Source: a virus
Length of the DNA: 64,000 nt
IMG/VR virus record: IMGVR_UViG_3300028706_000553
Strand: one strand, 5' to 3'
A program made the position numbers and the translations under genes. Below, piece after piece: positions 25,994 to 36,289 of the stretch. Each line of letters begins with the position of its first letter. The first letter of the stretch is position 1. A model generated the notes under the pieces. It saw only the letters and a program-made list of their open reading frames with translations, was not told where the DNA came from and ran no database searches.

Positions 25994-27880
25994 ATGGCAA
26001 CAGATGTAGCGAAATTAAATGTTTCAGAACTGGACATGCCGGCTATCAAATCCAACATGATAGCCTTTTTAAAAAGTCAAAGTGAATTCGCAAATTTTGA
26101 CTTTGCAGGTTCAGGATTGGATGTAATAATGGATATGCTAGCATATAATACTTATTATAATTCATTTTATTTAAATATGTTAGCAAATGAAATGTTTTTA
26201 GATACTGCGGAACTTAGAAATTCTGTTGTACAGAAAGCCAAACAGATGGGTTATACACCTCGATCTGTTCAAGGAACAAAGGCAATAGTTACATTGCAGA
26301 TAACTCCTAGTGATCAAGCAACCACAATGGTTGTAGAAAAAGATAAAAGATTTTCTGCTACTATAGATCAGGACAAATATATTTTTACTACTGCGGATTC
26401 GTATAATGCTATAATTGGTTCCAATGGAAGATTCACGGTTCCCGATGTACAGTTGAATCAAGGTATAAGGTTAACTCACAAATATGCAGTTGATTATTCT
26501 AACAAAGAGCAAAAATTTCTTTTACCTAATCCACAGACTGATGTTACAACATTAGAGGTTACTGTAAAGGCTTCACCGACTTCTACAATTATAGATACCT
26601 ATACAAAGGTAACAGACACAGTTAAAGTAACAGCAACATCTAAAGTATTTTTCTTATATGAAGAATTTGATGGTAGATATGAAGTACAATTTGGAGATAA
26701 TAAAGTAGGAGCGCGTCCAGCTGATGGAAGCCAAGTTATTTTAACAACAAATATTTCTGATGGCCAAGTTACAAATAAAGCCGCAACTTTTCAAGCTATT
26801 GATTTAATAGGAGGATATGCGGATGTTCAAGTAGTAACTACAACCGCTGGTTATGGTGGTGCTGTAAGGGAATCAATAGAAGAAATAAAATACGGTGCGC
26901 CTAAATTATATGAAACTCAAAATAGAGCAGTTACATTAAATGATTATAAAAGAATTGTAGAAAATGAATGGGTTAATGCAGAGTCAGTAACATGTTGGGG
27001 CGGAGAACAAAATGATCCGCCAAGATATGGAAAAGCGTATATTGCAGTAAAACCCAAGAGTGGATTATACTTAACATCAAAAGATAAAAATGCAATTAAA
27101 ACTGATATATTATTAAGAAAGAATATGGTTTCTGTAACACCAGAGATTGTTGCTCCTGATTATCTTTATCTAAAAATTACTTCAGATGTTAGATATGATC
27201 CAAATAAAACTATTCAATCTGCAGATCAAATAGGATCAAATATTGTTAATGTGGCTCTAAATTATAATCAAAATGAATTAGGAAAATTTGATTTGAGATT
27301 CAGGTATTCACGATTAACTACTTTAATTGATAATACAGATCCAGCCATTTTAAATAACCAAACAACTGTTCTTTTATTTAAGAGATTGGTGGTAGAATTA
27401 GCACAAGCTTTCAACTACGCACAGAATTTTTCGAATCAATTAAAATATCCATACGTTGGTTATAAAGGAACATTGACTTCTTCAAAATTTCAATATATTA
27501 ATGAATCAACAGAAGTTGTAGAAACTGGATGTACATTATCTGATGCAGATGGTATTATTCAAGTTGTAAAAGAAGCAGCCGGCGAAGTTGCAGTTATTAA
27601 TACTAATGTTGGGACGTTAGATTATACTACAGGTAAGATGACTTTGGTATCATTTAAACCTATAACAGTTGAAGCTGTTGTAAATAATAATACAATTGAA
27701 ATATTTGTGCAAACTAATGTATTGGATATAACACCTATAAGAGAACAAGTTATTATAGTTGAAAAGAAAGATATCCAAATTAATATGATGACCGATACTT
27801 CATTAAGTACAGGTGATTTCCAAATGGCAACATCTGATGAAACCCCCGCGCAGGTAATTTTTGGAGCTAATACTGCATAA
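25994..27880 (+). CDS. gp6: baseplate wedge subunit gp6
   Basis: ELD...IKSNM..FLK.Q.EF..FDF.GSGL, LAYNTYYN, NEMFLDTA, QNRAVT..DY, WGGEQNDPP.YGK.YIA.KP. Confidence 0.96.
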   Translation: MATDVAKLNVSELDMPAIKSNMIAFLKSQSEFANFDFAGSGLDVIMDMLAYNTYYNSFYLNMLANEMFLDTAELRNSVVQKAKQMGYTPRSVQGTKAIVTLQITPSDQATTMVVEKDKRFSATIDQDKYIFTTADSYNAIIGSNGRFTVPDVQLNQGIRLTHKYAVDYSNKEQKFLLPNPQTDVTTLEVTVKASPTSTIIDTYTKVTDTVKVTATSKVFFLYEEFDGRYEVQFGDNKVGARPADGSQVILTTNISDGQVTNKAATFQAIDLIGGYADVQVVTTTAGYGGAVRESIEEIKYGAPKLYETQNRAVTLNDYKRIVENEWVNAESVTCWGGEQNDPPRYGKAYIAVKPKSGLYLTSKDKNAIKTDILLRKNMVSVTPEIVAPDYLYLKITSDVRYDPNKTIQSADQIGSNIVNVALNYNQNELGKFDLRFRYSRLTTLIDNTDPAILNNQTTVLLFKRLVVELAQAFNYAQNFSNQLKYPYVGYKGTLTSSKFQYINESTEVVETGCTLSDADGIIQVVKEAAGEVAVINTNVGTLDYTTGKMTLVSFKPITVEAVVNNNTIEIFVQTNVLDITPIREQVIIVEKKDIQINMMTDTSLSTGDFQMATSDETPAQVIFGANTA

Positions 27881-30800
27881 TGGCTGATAACAGAATATCT
27901 GAAATAATACAAAATCAATTACCATCCTTCTTTACTGAAGAAGGTAGTAATCTCCCTGTCTTTATGACAAAGTATTTTGAATTTTTAGAATCCTACCAAA
28001 TAGAATATACTGATTTAGAATTAGACGAATATAATATTGTCCAAGAGGATGATGACGGCGCATATTATGTTCGAGGGACTGCTATAGATCAAAGAGAACT
28101 TGTTTACGAACCTTCAGATGGTGCAGAGTCAACTGATGCCGGATTGCAATATGGACACTTTTATCCTGTTTATGGAAATAAGGCACCTGCTATAGCCGCT
28201 TCTGATGATGGTACAATTTATGAATTAGAATTAGAAGAGTTAAGGGGTAATGTATTTTATATGCCGAGAAAAGGCGGAGCAAATGGTGGTAACTATGGTA
28301 TAGCAATAAAAGATCCTCCTAGCACCTCATATACTGCATATACAGCCGCTTCTAGAATTGTAAAGGAAGATTCACCAGAAGATGGGAAAGCTAATACAGA
28401 AATTATAGTTGAATCGGAAAGAGGAGAAGATGCTACATTTGCTATTGGTGAAGTAATTATAGGCGCTACATCTGGTGCTCAACTTATAGTAACTGGTTAT
28501 CAAAGAAAAAACGAACCTGCTGGTAAATTTTTAGAAACAGCAAATACCGCATCTCCAAAATATAATTTAGATCCACATCTATTATTCGCACGTCCTATTA
28601 ATGGAAGAGTATTGATACACGGAGAATCTATTAGAGGTAGATTGACACGTGCAAAAGCTACAGTAGGTGAAACAGATAAAGATTTATTGAGAAATCCTCT
28701 TCGAGGTGCTGCCGATATAGATTTAATGACTGATGTTGATGCAGCTGACAACTACATGTTACAACAATTCAGGGAAGATTTCTTATCAAATATTCCTTTT
28801 GATGCAATTGGAGATTTAAGACAAGCGATTAAAACAGCAAGGGATATCTATAGAAGCAGAGGTACAGAAGATTCTTTTCTTTGGTTATGGAGAACAGTAT
28901 ATGGATCAGATCAACTAAGTTTTATATATCCAAAAGAAAGATTATTGAGACCTTCCGATGGTACCTGGAGTTCTGCAAAATCTGTTAAATTATATACCGG
29001 TACCGCTATAAACCCAGATGAATTTAATAGTAAAGTTATTAAAGGTCAAGATTCTCAAGCTACAGCAACTGTTGATAATTCTATTGCATATATTGAAGGA
29101 TCGACCGCAGTAACAGAATTATATTTAACAGATTATGTTAAAGGGTATGATGCTCGTTTTGATATCTATTCTGATTTTCAACCCGGCGAAAAAATAGCAA
29201 CGATTGAAGCATTTGTTGATACTGAAGCTGGGCTTTCGGAACTTATGAATAGTCCTGATTCTTCTGATGCTGTGAAAGCAATGGCATTTCCGGCAGGTTC
29301 TTCTAGAGGAGATTGTATTGCTGTTATTGGTGATATTACAATTGTAAGCGCCGGTACAGGTTATAAGGTTAATGATGAATTAGTAATAAAAGGAGGTCCC
29401 GGACAAGGTGCTTCAGCACGTGTATCCGCAACCGCTAATGGCGCAATTGATGAGATTATTGTAGATGATGGCGGTAATGGATATATGGGCGGTGAAATGT
29501 TAATAGTTGATAGTGCCGGCACACTGGGCACCAATCATACTGGCGCTATTCGCGGAATTCTAGAAACAGGAACATTTAGAGATTCTAATTCAACAATTGA
29601 TAAAGTTATTTCAACTGCAAATGGTGGTTCAGCTGCTTCCGCTATTTCATTAAATGCATTTTCATTTTCTGTTGATGATCCAGGCGATGTAAGATATCCC
29701 GAAAATATTAATACACATTTTAGTTCAAGTAATTCAACTACTTGGGTTGCTGAAGTAACAAATCAAGATACTGAAGATGGCGGCGCTAATATTTTACTTG
29801 AAGAAGGTGACGGATTAATTTTAATAGATAGTACAGATGGCTCAGCAGATGCTGGTGATAATATTCTTTTTCATACAAAGAATTTTGAAGATGATATTCA
29901 ATCAGGCTATTATGTATATGATTCTAAAACAGGAACTAAAGGAACAATTGCTGGGCCATCAGTAAACACTACATGTTTTGTTTATGTAATTGAGAGTGAA
30001 TCGGCGGCTAACTTTGTTGAAAATAGTTATGGTGATTTATACTATAGTGCAAACGCTACAGCAGTTCCTGGGAAATCCCAAATGTTTCAAATTGCTTCAA
30101 TTAAACCAGCAAGTTATTATGAAACAAATCAATTAGGAGATAATACTTATTCTATTGATAGCTATTACGGAGCAACAAAATATACCTATACTTCTTTTGG
30201 TGCAATTGCGAATGTACAGGTTATAACTACTGGAATTGATTATTTAAAAGGCCCAAGTTATGAAGCATCTAATCAAACTATATTAGGAAAGAAGGCATAT
30301 GAGTTTGAAGATCCTATTACTGGAAAAAATACTGCTGAATTATCATATTTAAATTTTGCAGAAAATGTTCAGGGGAAATATAGATTTGGTGAATATGTTA
30401 TCGGACAGACTTCAGGTAAAAAAGCTCAAGTAGTACAGCCATATGTTAATTCATCGGCGAATTCTACTGCTAGTTCAATGAAAGTGAAAGAAGTAGATAC
30501 AACATTTTCTCTTGAAGACGAAAGTGTTATTTTAAGCGGATTAGGAACATTTGAGAATAATACTTCTGCTCTTTATTCTTTTTCTACTAAGGGTGTAGGT
30601 GGTGCTGTTGTTATAGCATCAAATGGAAATGAAACTTGGGATAATCAAACAGGTGATACTGGTAATAATACTCTTTCTATTGAATCTTCAAATACAATAT
30701 ATGGATCATATAGTGGTAAGATTGCTGTTAATGATCAATTGGAAACATATGTTGGACTTAAGGGTTTAAATAATAGTACAGGTGCTGACTATGAGAATTT

Positions 30801-33800
30801 ATTAAATGCCGGTAATGAATATATTGGAAGAATAAGTTTTAGAGCTAGTACTGTTTTATCTAGTGTTGTTCTTAGATATGGACATTCTAAAACAGATGTA
30901 AACTTTGTAAGCGACGGTGCAATAGGCGGATTAACAAATGTAGATTTGTATAGTCAAGTAGGCACTAATAATGCTGATCAAATTTATACTTATGAAGGCA
31001 AATTTACAGTTGATCCTACAAATAATTATCATGCGATATATTTGTATATAAAAATGAATACATCTACAACATATACATTACATGTAGATAAAATTGAAAT
31101 GATAGATGTTACAACTCGTGGTAAGCTTGAATATGAAGGATTCAATACAGCAGATGAACCAGAATCATTTATGATTATGGAACCATCGGAATTTACTGCT
31201 GGAGAAACTGTTGTATCTTTAGTTGGTGCTAGAACAGCTGTATTAGCAAGTGCAAATGTTCAATCAGTTGAATCAACTGAGAATTATGGTAATAATGCTG
31301 TATTAAAATCCGGTGCTTTAAAAACTGGAGCTATTAAAGCTCTTACAATTGCACAGGCAGGTATAAACTATACTACAGTTCCTACAGTTACGGCCCCAAC
31401 AGGTGATAACAACGCGACATTTACAGCTAACCGTACAACTATAACTAATTATCCTGGAACGTTTAAAAGTAAATTAGGAATGATTAGTGATATTATCAGG
31501 GTACAGGATTCTTACTATTATCAAGATTTTTCATATGTTTTGAGATCTGATATTCAGATTGGTACCTTTAGAGATATGGTAAGGTCTTTTGTTCATCCAG
31601 CAGGATGGGCAGTATTTGGTGAGATAGGTATTGAATTTTTGATTAGTATGTCCATTGAGGCAGAATCAGTCACTAATAAAAAGCTTGAATTGTTCGTTGA
31701 TAGAACACCAGCATATGTTACACAATACGGCCCAATTGATAAAGATATGAGAATGGGTTATAATAGAACAATGATGCCGTTTGATAGTGAATATGGCCAA
31801 ATTGATTTTGATTGGGGTATTATTCATAATTATCATATTGAATTCTTAGATCCAAGATGTATTGGTTTTGGCGCAACGACAGATGATAAACATTTTGCAT
31901 TTCACTTAGGAAGGCAAGACAGTACTACTTGGTTAAATGGACTCGGATGGGACTATGAAAAAGATTATGCTGGTAATTTAGCTGGGCAATTTGGTGTAGC
32001 TACACCTTACAATAGTAGTGATGCCGGCAGAGTAGAAATAACACATTGGTTCATAGAACATGATCAAACTAATGCTTTGAACGAAAGTACTAAAATTGCA
32101 CCTTGGTATCCGAATGTAATCGCAGAATATGTTATTCCAGGTCACTATGAAGGAAATGAATGTACAGGACATAGCGCCGGCGGTGGAGTTTCCCTACACG
32201 GTAAGGATTCACACTATAATACAGAAAATAGATGGAACCCTCAAACTTCGACTAATGCAGCTGGGACATATGCGGGCGCACAAAGACCACCGGAAACTTT
32301 CTGGGGTCTAGGTGGAGACGGTAATCCAAGTCTAGTACGTAAAGGTGGATTTGAATATTGGCCAGAAATAGGTATATTAGGAAAATATACTTCACCGGAT
32401 GGTAATGAAACAATGCCATTAGTTACCACTCATGTAAGTTATGGTGAAGAAGAAGTTGAATTAATCGGTGATGCTACTATAACTGTAATAAGTTGGAAAG
32501 AGCCTACACTGCCTATAAGAATGGCAACCGCGTCATTACCAAATTTAACTAGTGTTGATACATATGTTAAATTAGATGAGAGTAGGGTAAAAATACAACC
32601 ATTTGATAATATGTCCATTGATAGACAAACTGTACATTGGCCAAATGCTGCAGATCGTTTAATCGCGGTAACAGTTTCAAGCACTGATTTTCTTTTTGAT
32701 GGCGTAAACATTAATGATAGTGCATGGTCAAGAAAACTTATCAAGGGTGTAACATATCGTTTTAATCAAGAAGATAGTACTAATTTAGGACACCCATTAA
32801 GATTTGCAAATCTTCTTGACGGTAAACATGCTGCAGGATATGTAGAAGCAACAAATCAATATCCTTATACTGCAGTTGGCACACCAGGAAGTGGTGGATC
32901 ATATGTTGATTTTAAAATTCCAGATTTTGATGTAGCACATGTTGATGGTTCTGGTAGCTGGAGTAAAAATGATACAGTATGGGCTTATTGTCATAATCAT
33001 TCAAATATGGGCGGCCCAGTAAAAATAGAAGAGAAGATAGTAGTTAATGGTTCTGAATGGATGCATGTTAAAAAATCTCTGGGTGTTAATACTCCAGATA
33101 CTACTGCTTCCGGAATTTATAGAGATCCAACTTATGAATATGGACAGTCATATGCTAGACCAAAAGATAAGAGATTAAATAATCCATTAAGAACTGATAA
33201 TAAGTTTGAAGTCGCAGTTGCAAATATTAAAGCTGGACATGTTGTAGGATTAAGAACGGATGGGACAATACAACAGGTATATCAAACAGGGAATGTTTGT
33301 TTCCCAAGAATCAATTATGTTCATTCATTATTAGGAATAGTTCAATCAGATGGCGCTGTTGGGGAATTTGTTGAAGTTCATGATACTGATTCAACAGAAG
33401 AAAAAGTTTGGGATCTAGTACCTGGTGCTGAATATTATCCTAATTATAGTGCAAATTCTGCGAATCTTCAGGAAGAGGCATATGTTACAACTACTCCTCC
33501 TACAATAACTTCTGCAGATGCTCTTGATAGAATTAAATTAGGAAAAGCAGACACAAAGGATTCATTAAATTTATCTTTTCCTAGATGGGAGATATATACT
33601 TATCAAGCACATGAAAATTTAGTAGAAGGAAATGTAGTAGGTTTAATGTCTAATGGTAAGGTACAAAAAGTTTTCTGTGAAGTAGATGGAACGGCTAAAC
33701 CTCAATTAGATGGCGTTCACTCATTACTTGGTATAGTAAAAGCGGATTGTTTACTAGGAGATTGGGCTGAAATAATAACAAAAGATCAAACTCACGAGAT

Positions 33801-34512
33801 GGCAGCATTCTTTCAAGGTGCAGACACAAACTTTACATGGGCAACAGATACAGATCTTTATGTTGATTATAGAGATGCTTCTATAAAGCTAAATGTAGCT
33901 TATAGCAACCATCCACTTAATAAGATTGGAAAGTCACTTGCTGGACAACAAGGTACGGAACAGACGGTATTAGTGACATGCGATATACCGACACATGGAA
34001 CATATTCGCCTACATGGGATAAAACGAAAGCTAGTTGGCCATGGAATACTTATTGTAGAGTATCCACAGTTCCACATTTAGATGATATAGTAGGCGATAG
34101 CACAATAGAAGAATACGCAGGACTTGGTATAGAATTAACTATGCCACAGAATGATCACCCAGTAGAAAATCTTGAATCTGGGCAGAGCATATTATTTGAT
34201 GATATAAATATTATACTAGAAGAAGCAGATGGGATGCTTCTCGAAGATGGTGATGAAGTATTAGTAGAAGATGGTACAACTGATGCAACATCTGCCATGG
34301 GTAAATTAAAAATCGAGAATGATTATCTCTTATATGAAGACCTTATAAATACAGGTAGTGACTATAAACGTATTAATATATATAGTAGGTTTGATGCTAA
34401 ATATATTGTAGGTAATTATACCACAAGTAGTTTTAATGTACATGAGCGCGCGAATAAATACTTCCCGGAAGGACGTAGTGATCACGCAGCTCAACATGCA
34501 GTTTTAGAGTAA
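27880..34512 (+). CDS. gp7: giant baseplate wedge initiator gp7-like protein
   Basis: 2210 aa after gp6; QLPSFF...F...YFEFLE, IYRSRGT, IRVQDSYYYQDFSYVLRS, FVHPAGWAVFGE. Confidence 0.8.
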   Translation: MADNRISEIIQNQLPSFFTEEGSNLPVFMTKYFEFLESYQIEYTDLELDEYNIVQEDDDGAYYVRGTAIDQRELVYEPSDGAESTDAGLQYGHFYPVYGNKAPAIAASDDGTIYELELEELRGNVFYMPRKGGANGGNYGIAIKDPPSTSYTAYTAASRIVKEDSPEDGKANTEIIVESERGEDATFAIGEVIIGATSGAQLIVTGYQRKNEPAGKFLETANTASPKYNLDPHLLFARPINGRVLIHGESIRGRLTRAKATVGETDKDLLRNPLRGAADIDLMTDVDAADNYMLQQFREDFLSNIPFDAIGDLRQAIKTARDIYRSRGTEDSFLWLWRTVYGSDQLSFIYPKERLLRPSDGTWSSAKSVKLYTGTAINPDEFNSKVIKGQDSQATATVDNSIAYIEGSTAVTELYLTDYVKGYDARFDIYSDFQPGEKIATIEAFVDTEAGLSELMNSPDSSDAVKAMAFPAGSSRGDCIAVIGDITIVSAGTGYKVNDELVIKGGPGQGASARVSATANGAIDEIIVDDGGNGYMGGEMLIVDSAGTLGTNHTGAIRGILETGTFRDSNSTIDKVISTANGGSAASAISLNAFSFSVDDPGDVRYPENINTHFSSSNSTTWVAEVTNQDTEDGGANILLEEGDGLILIDSTDGSADAGDNILFHTKNFEDDIQSGYYVYDSKTGTKGTIAGPSVNTTCFVYVIESESAANFVENSYGDLYYSANATAVPGKSQMFQIASIKPASYYETNQLGDNTYSIDSYYGATKYTYTSFGAIANVQVITTGIDYLKGPSYEASNQTILGKKAYEFEDPITGKNTAELSYLNFAENVQGKYRFGEYVIGQTSGKKAQVVQPYVNSSANSTASSMKVKEVDTTFSLEDESVILSGLGTFENNTSALYSFSTKGVGGAVVIASNGNETWDNQTGDTGNNTLSIESSNTIYGSYSGKIAVNDQLETYVGLKGLNNSTGADYENLLNAGNEYIGRISFRASTVLSSVVLRYGHSKTDVNFVSDGAIGGLTNVDLYSQVGTNNADQIYTYEGKFTVDPTNNYHAIYLYIKMNTSTTYTLHVDKIEMIDVTTRGKLEYEGFNTADEPESFMIMEPSEFTAGETVVSLVGARTAVLASANVQSVESTENYGNNAVLKSGALKTGAIKALTIAQAGINYTTVPTVTAPTGDNNATFTANRTTITNYPGTFKSKLGMISDIIRVQDSYYYQDFSYVLRSDIQIGTFRDMVRSFVHPAGWAVFGEIGIEFLISMSIEAESVTNKKLELFVDRTPAYVTQYGPIDKDMRMGYNRTMMPFDSEYGQIDFDWGIIHNYHIEFLDPRCIGFGATTDDKHFAFHLGRQDSTTWLNGLGWDYEKDYAGNLAGQFGVATPYNSSDAGRVEITHWFIEHDQTNALNESTKIAPWYPNVIAEYVIPGHYEGNECTGHSAGGGVSLHGKDSHYNTENRWNPQTSTNAAGTYAGAQRPPETFWGLGGDGNPSLVRKGGFEYWPEIGILGKYTSPDGNETMPLVTTHVSYGEEEVELIGDATITVISWKEPTLPIRMATASLPNLTSVDTYVKLDESRVKIQPFDNMSIDRQTVHWPNAADRLIAVTVSSTDFLFDGVNINDSAWSRKLIKGVTYRFNQEDSTNLGHPLRFANLLDGKHAAGYVEATNQYPYTAVGTPGSGGSYVDFKIPDFDVAHVDGSGSWSKNDTVWAYCHNHSNMGGPVKIEEKIVVNGSEWMHVKKSLGVNTPDTTASGIYRDPTYEYGQSYARPKDKRLNNPLRTDNKFEVAVANIKAGHVVGLRTDGTIQQVYQTGNVCFPRINYVHSLLGIVQSDGAVGEFVEVHDTDSTEEKVWDLVPGAEYYPNYSANSANLQEEAYVTTTPPTITSADALDRIKLGKADTKDSLNLSFPRWEIYTYQAHENLVEGNVVGLMSNGKVQKVFCEVDGTAKPQLDGVHSLLGIVKADCLLGDWAEIITKDQTHEMAAFFQGADTNFTWATDTDLYVDYRDASIKLNVAYSNHPLNKIGKSLAGQQGTEQTVLVTCDIPTHGTYSPTWDKTKASWPWNTYCRVSTVPHLDDIVGDSTIEEYAGLGIELTMPQNDHPVENLESGQSILFDDINIILEEADGMLLEDGDEVLVEDGTTDATSAMGKLKIENDYLLYEDLINTGSDYKRINIYSRFDAKYIVGNYTTSSFNVHERANKYFPEGRSDHAAQHAVLE

Positions 34513-34540
34513 TTAATTAATAACGATTGGAGTTATCGAA

Positions 34541-36268
34541 ATGCCGGCTTTAGTAACAAATAAATTTAGAATGTTCAATGCAAAGCAGTTTCGAGAGTCT
34601 TTTGACGAAGATTCCGGAATGACAACATTTGCGAACACAGTCGCGGGCGATACATACTTAGAATCTAATATGTATCTTTTCATCGGTGGTGTCCAGAACT
34701 GGGCTAATGTAGCAGGAGCCGCGGCAGCAGACAACGACACAACACCCCCTACACCCACCGATTCAGTATCAAATACTTATTATAATCATTGGAAAGATAT
34801 GATCGCAGCTAAAAAGGTTGTATCTACTGATGTGACACATTGTATTCCTAGATATAATTGGGCTAACAATACATCTTATTTTGCTTATGATAATACGCAA
34901 AATGCTATGCTTGCCAATACCTTTTATGTCATGACAGATGAATATAATGTATATAAGTGTTTAGCAAACAATAACACTGGTGGAACAAGTGTTGCAAAAC
35001 CAACAGGTCAAGCAGCAACTATTGTTACACCTGGATCAGATGGATATAAGTGGAAGTATATGTTCACAATTTCGGCCGCATCGGCTTTGAAATTTGTAAC
35101 CACTAATTATATTCCTGTACAACAAGTACGTTATCAGAATACTGTTATGGCATCGGCCACACAGGAAAACACCTTACAACGTGCTGTTGAAAATGCAGCT
35201 GTTGATGGTGCTATCAATATCTATAGAAAAACAGCTAACGGAACAGTTGGTGGAGCTGAATATTTAATTTTTGAAACCAACACATTGGATAACGGTTTTG
35301 GTAGTGCATATTCACATACTACTACTTCCGTACGTATTCATAGTACCGCAAGTGCTGCTGATGATGTTTATGTCGGTTCAGATATATTCTTTACATCAGG
35401 AAATGCAGAAGGACAAGGTGGAACTATTACAGATTATAATGGTACTACAAAAGTAGTTACCTTCGCGCCAGCAGTTTCATCTGCGGCCGCACAAAGTGAT
35501 AGTTTTCAAATTGCACCTAGATTACAAATATTAGGTGATGGAAGCGGAGCAAATTGTAGATCAAACGGAACTAATACTTCTGGTTTAACTGATGTTATAA
35601 CAATTGCCGCAGGTTCTGGATATACAAATGCAGCTGTTAGTGTTTTAGCTAATAGTTCTTGGAATACAGATGATGCCACAGTTCAAGCTGTTATCGAACC
35701 AAAAGGCGGTCATGGATTTGATGCCACAGAAGAATTAGGTGGATATAACGTTATGGTTAACGTTAGACTTGAAAATGATGAGTCCGGAGAATTTACAGTA
35801 GCCAATGATTTTAGAAAAATTGGTTTAATTTCACATCCGAACGCAGCTAATACAACTAATGATAATGATCTTGCTATACCAGCAACTATTTCATTGGCTG
35901 ACCAGGCACTTAGAGTTACAGTGCAATCTTTTTCAGGTTCTGCATATTCATCAGACCAATTAGTAACAGGTTCAGTATCAGGTGCAACAGGAAGAGTAGT
36001 TGACTGGACTTCAGGAACAAGTAAATTGAGAATGTCTCAAGTTACAAAAGGTTCAAATACTTCAAACGGATGGGATGGAACACCAGGTTCTTTTCAAGCT
36101 AACGAAGCGTTGACGGTTTCTGGAGGTGGAACAACCGCTAATACAAGTGCTATTGAAGGACCTGACTTGAAACAATATACTGGTGATATTCTATATGTTG
36201 AAAATAGATCACCAATTTCAAGAGCTAGTGACCAAATCGAAGATGTTAAGTTAATAATTAACTTCTAA
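34541..36268 (+). CDS. gp8: baseplate wedge subunit gp8
   Basis: MPALVTNKFRMFNAKQF, YVMTDEYNVYKCLANN, DGYKWKYMFTI, EPKGGHG, GDILYVENRSPI.RA.DQIED.K. Confidence 0.93.
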   Translation: MPALVTNKFRMFNAKQFRESFDEDSGMTTFANTVAGDTYLESNMYLFIGGVQNWANVAGAAAADNDTTPPTPTDSVSNTYYNHWKDMIAAKKVVSTDVTHCIPRYNWANNTSYFAYDNTQNAMLANTFYVMTDEYNVYKCLANNNTGGTSVAKPTGQAATIVTPGSDGYKWKYMFTISAASALKFVTTNYIPVQQVRYQNTVMASATQENTLQRAVENAAVDGAINIYRKTANGTVGGAEYLIFETNTLDNGFGSAYSHTTTSVRIHSTASAADDVYVGSDIFFTSGNAEGQGGTITDYNGTTKVVTFAPAVSSAAAQSDSFQIAPRLQILGDGSGANCRSNGTNTSGLTDVITIAAGSGYTNAAVSVLANSSWNTDDATVQAVIEPKGGHGFDATEELGGYNVMVNVRLENDESGEFTVANDFRKIGLISHPNAANTTNDNDLAIPATISLADQALRVTVQSFSGSAYSSDQLVTGSVSGATGRVVDWTSGTSKLRMSQVTKGSNTSNGWDGTPGSFQANEALTVSGGGTTANTSAIEGPDLKQYTGDILYVENRSPISRASDQIEDVKLIINF

Positions 36269-36289
36269 TATTTTACAATAAGGTAATAA

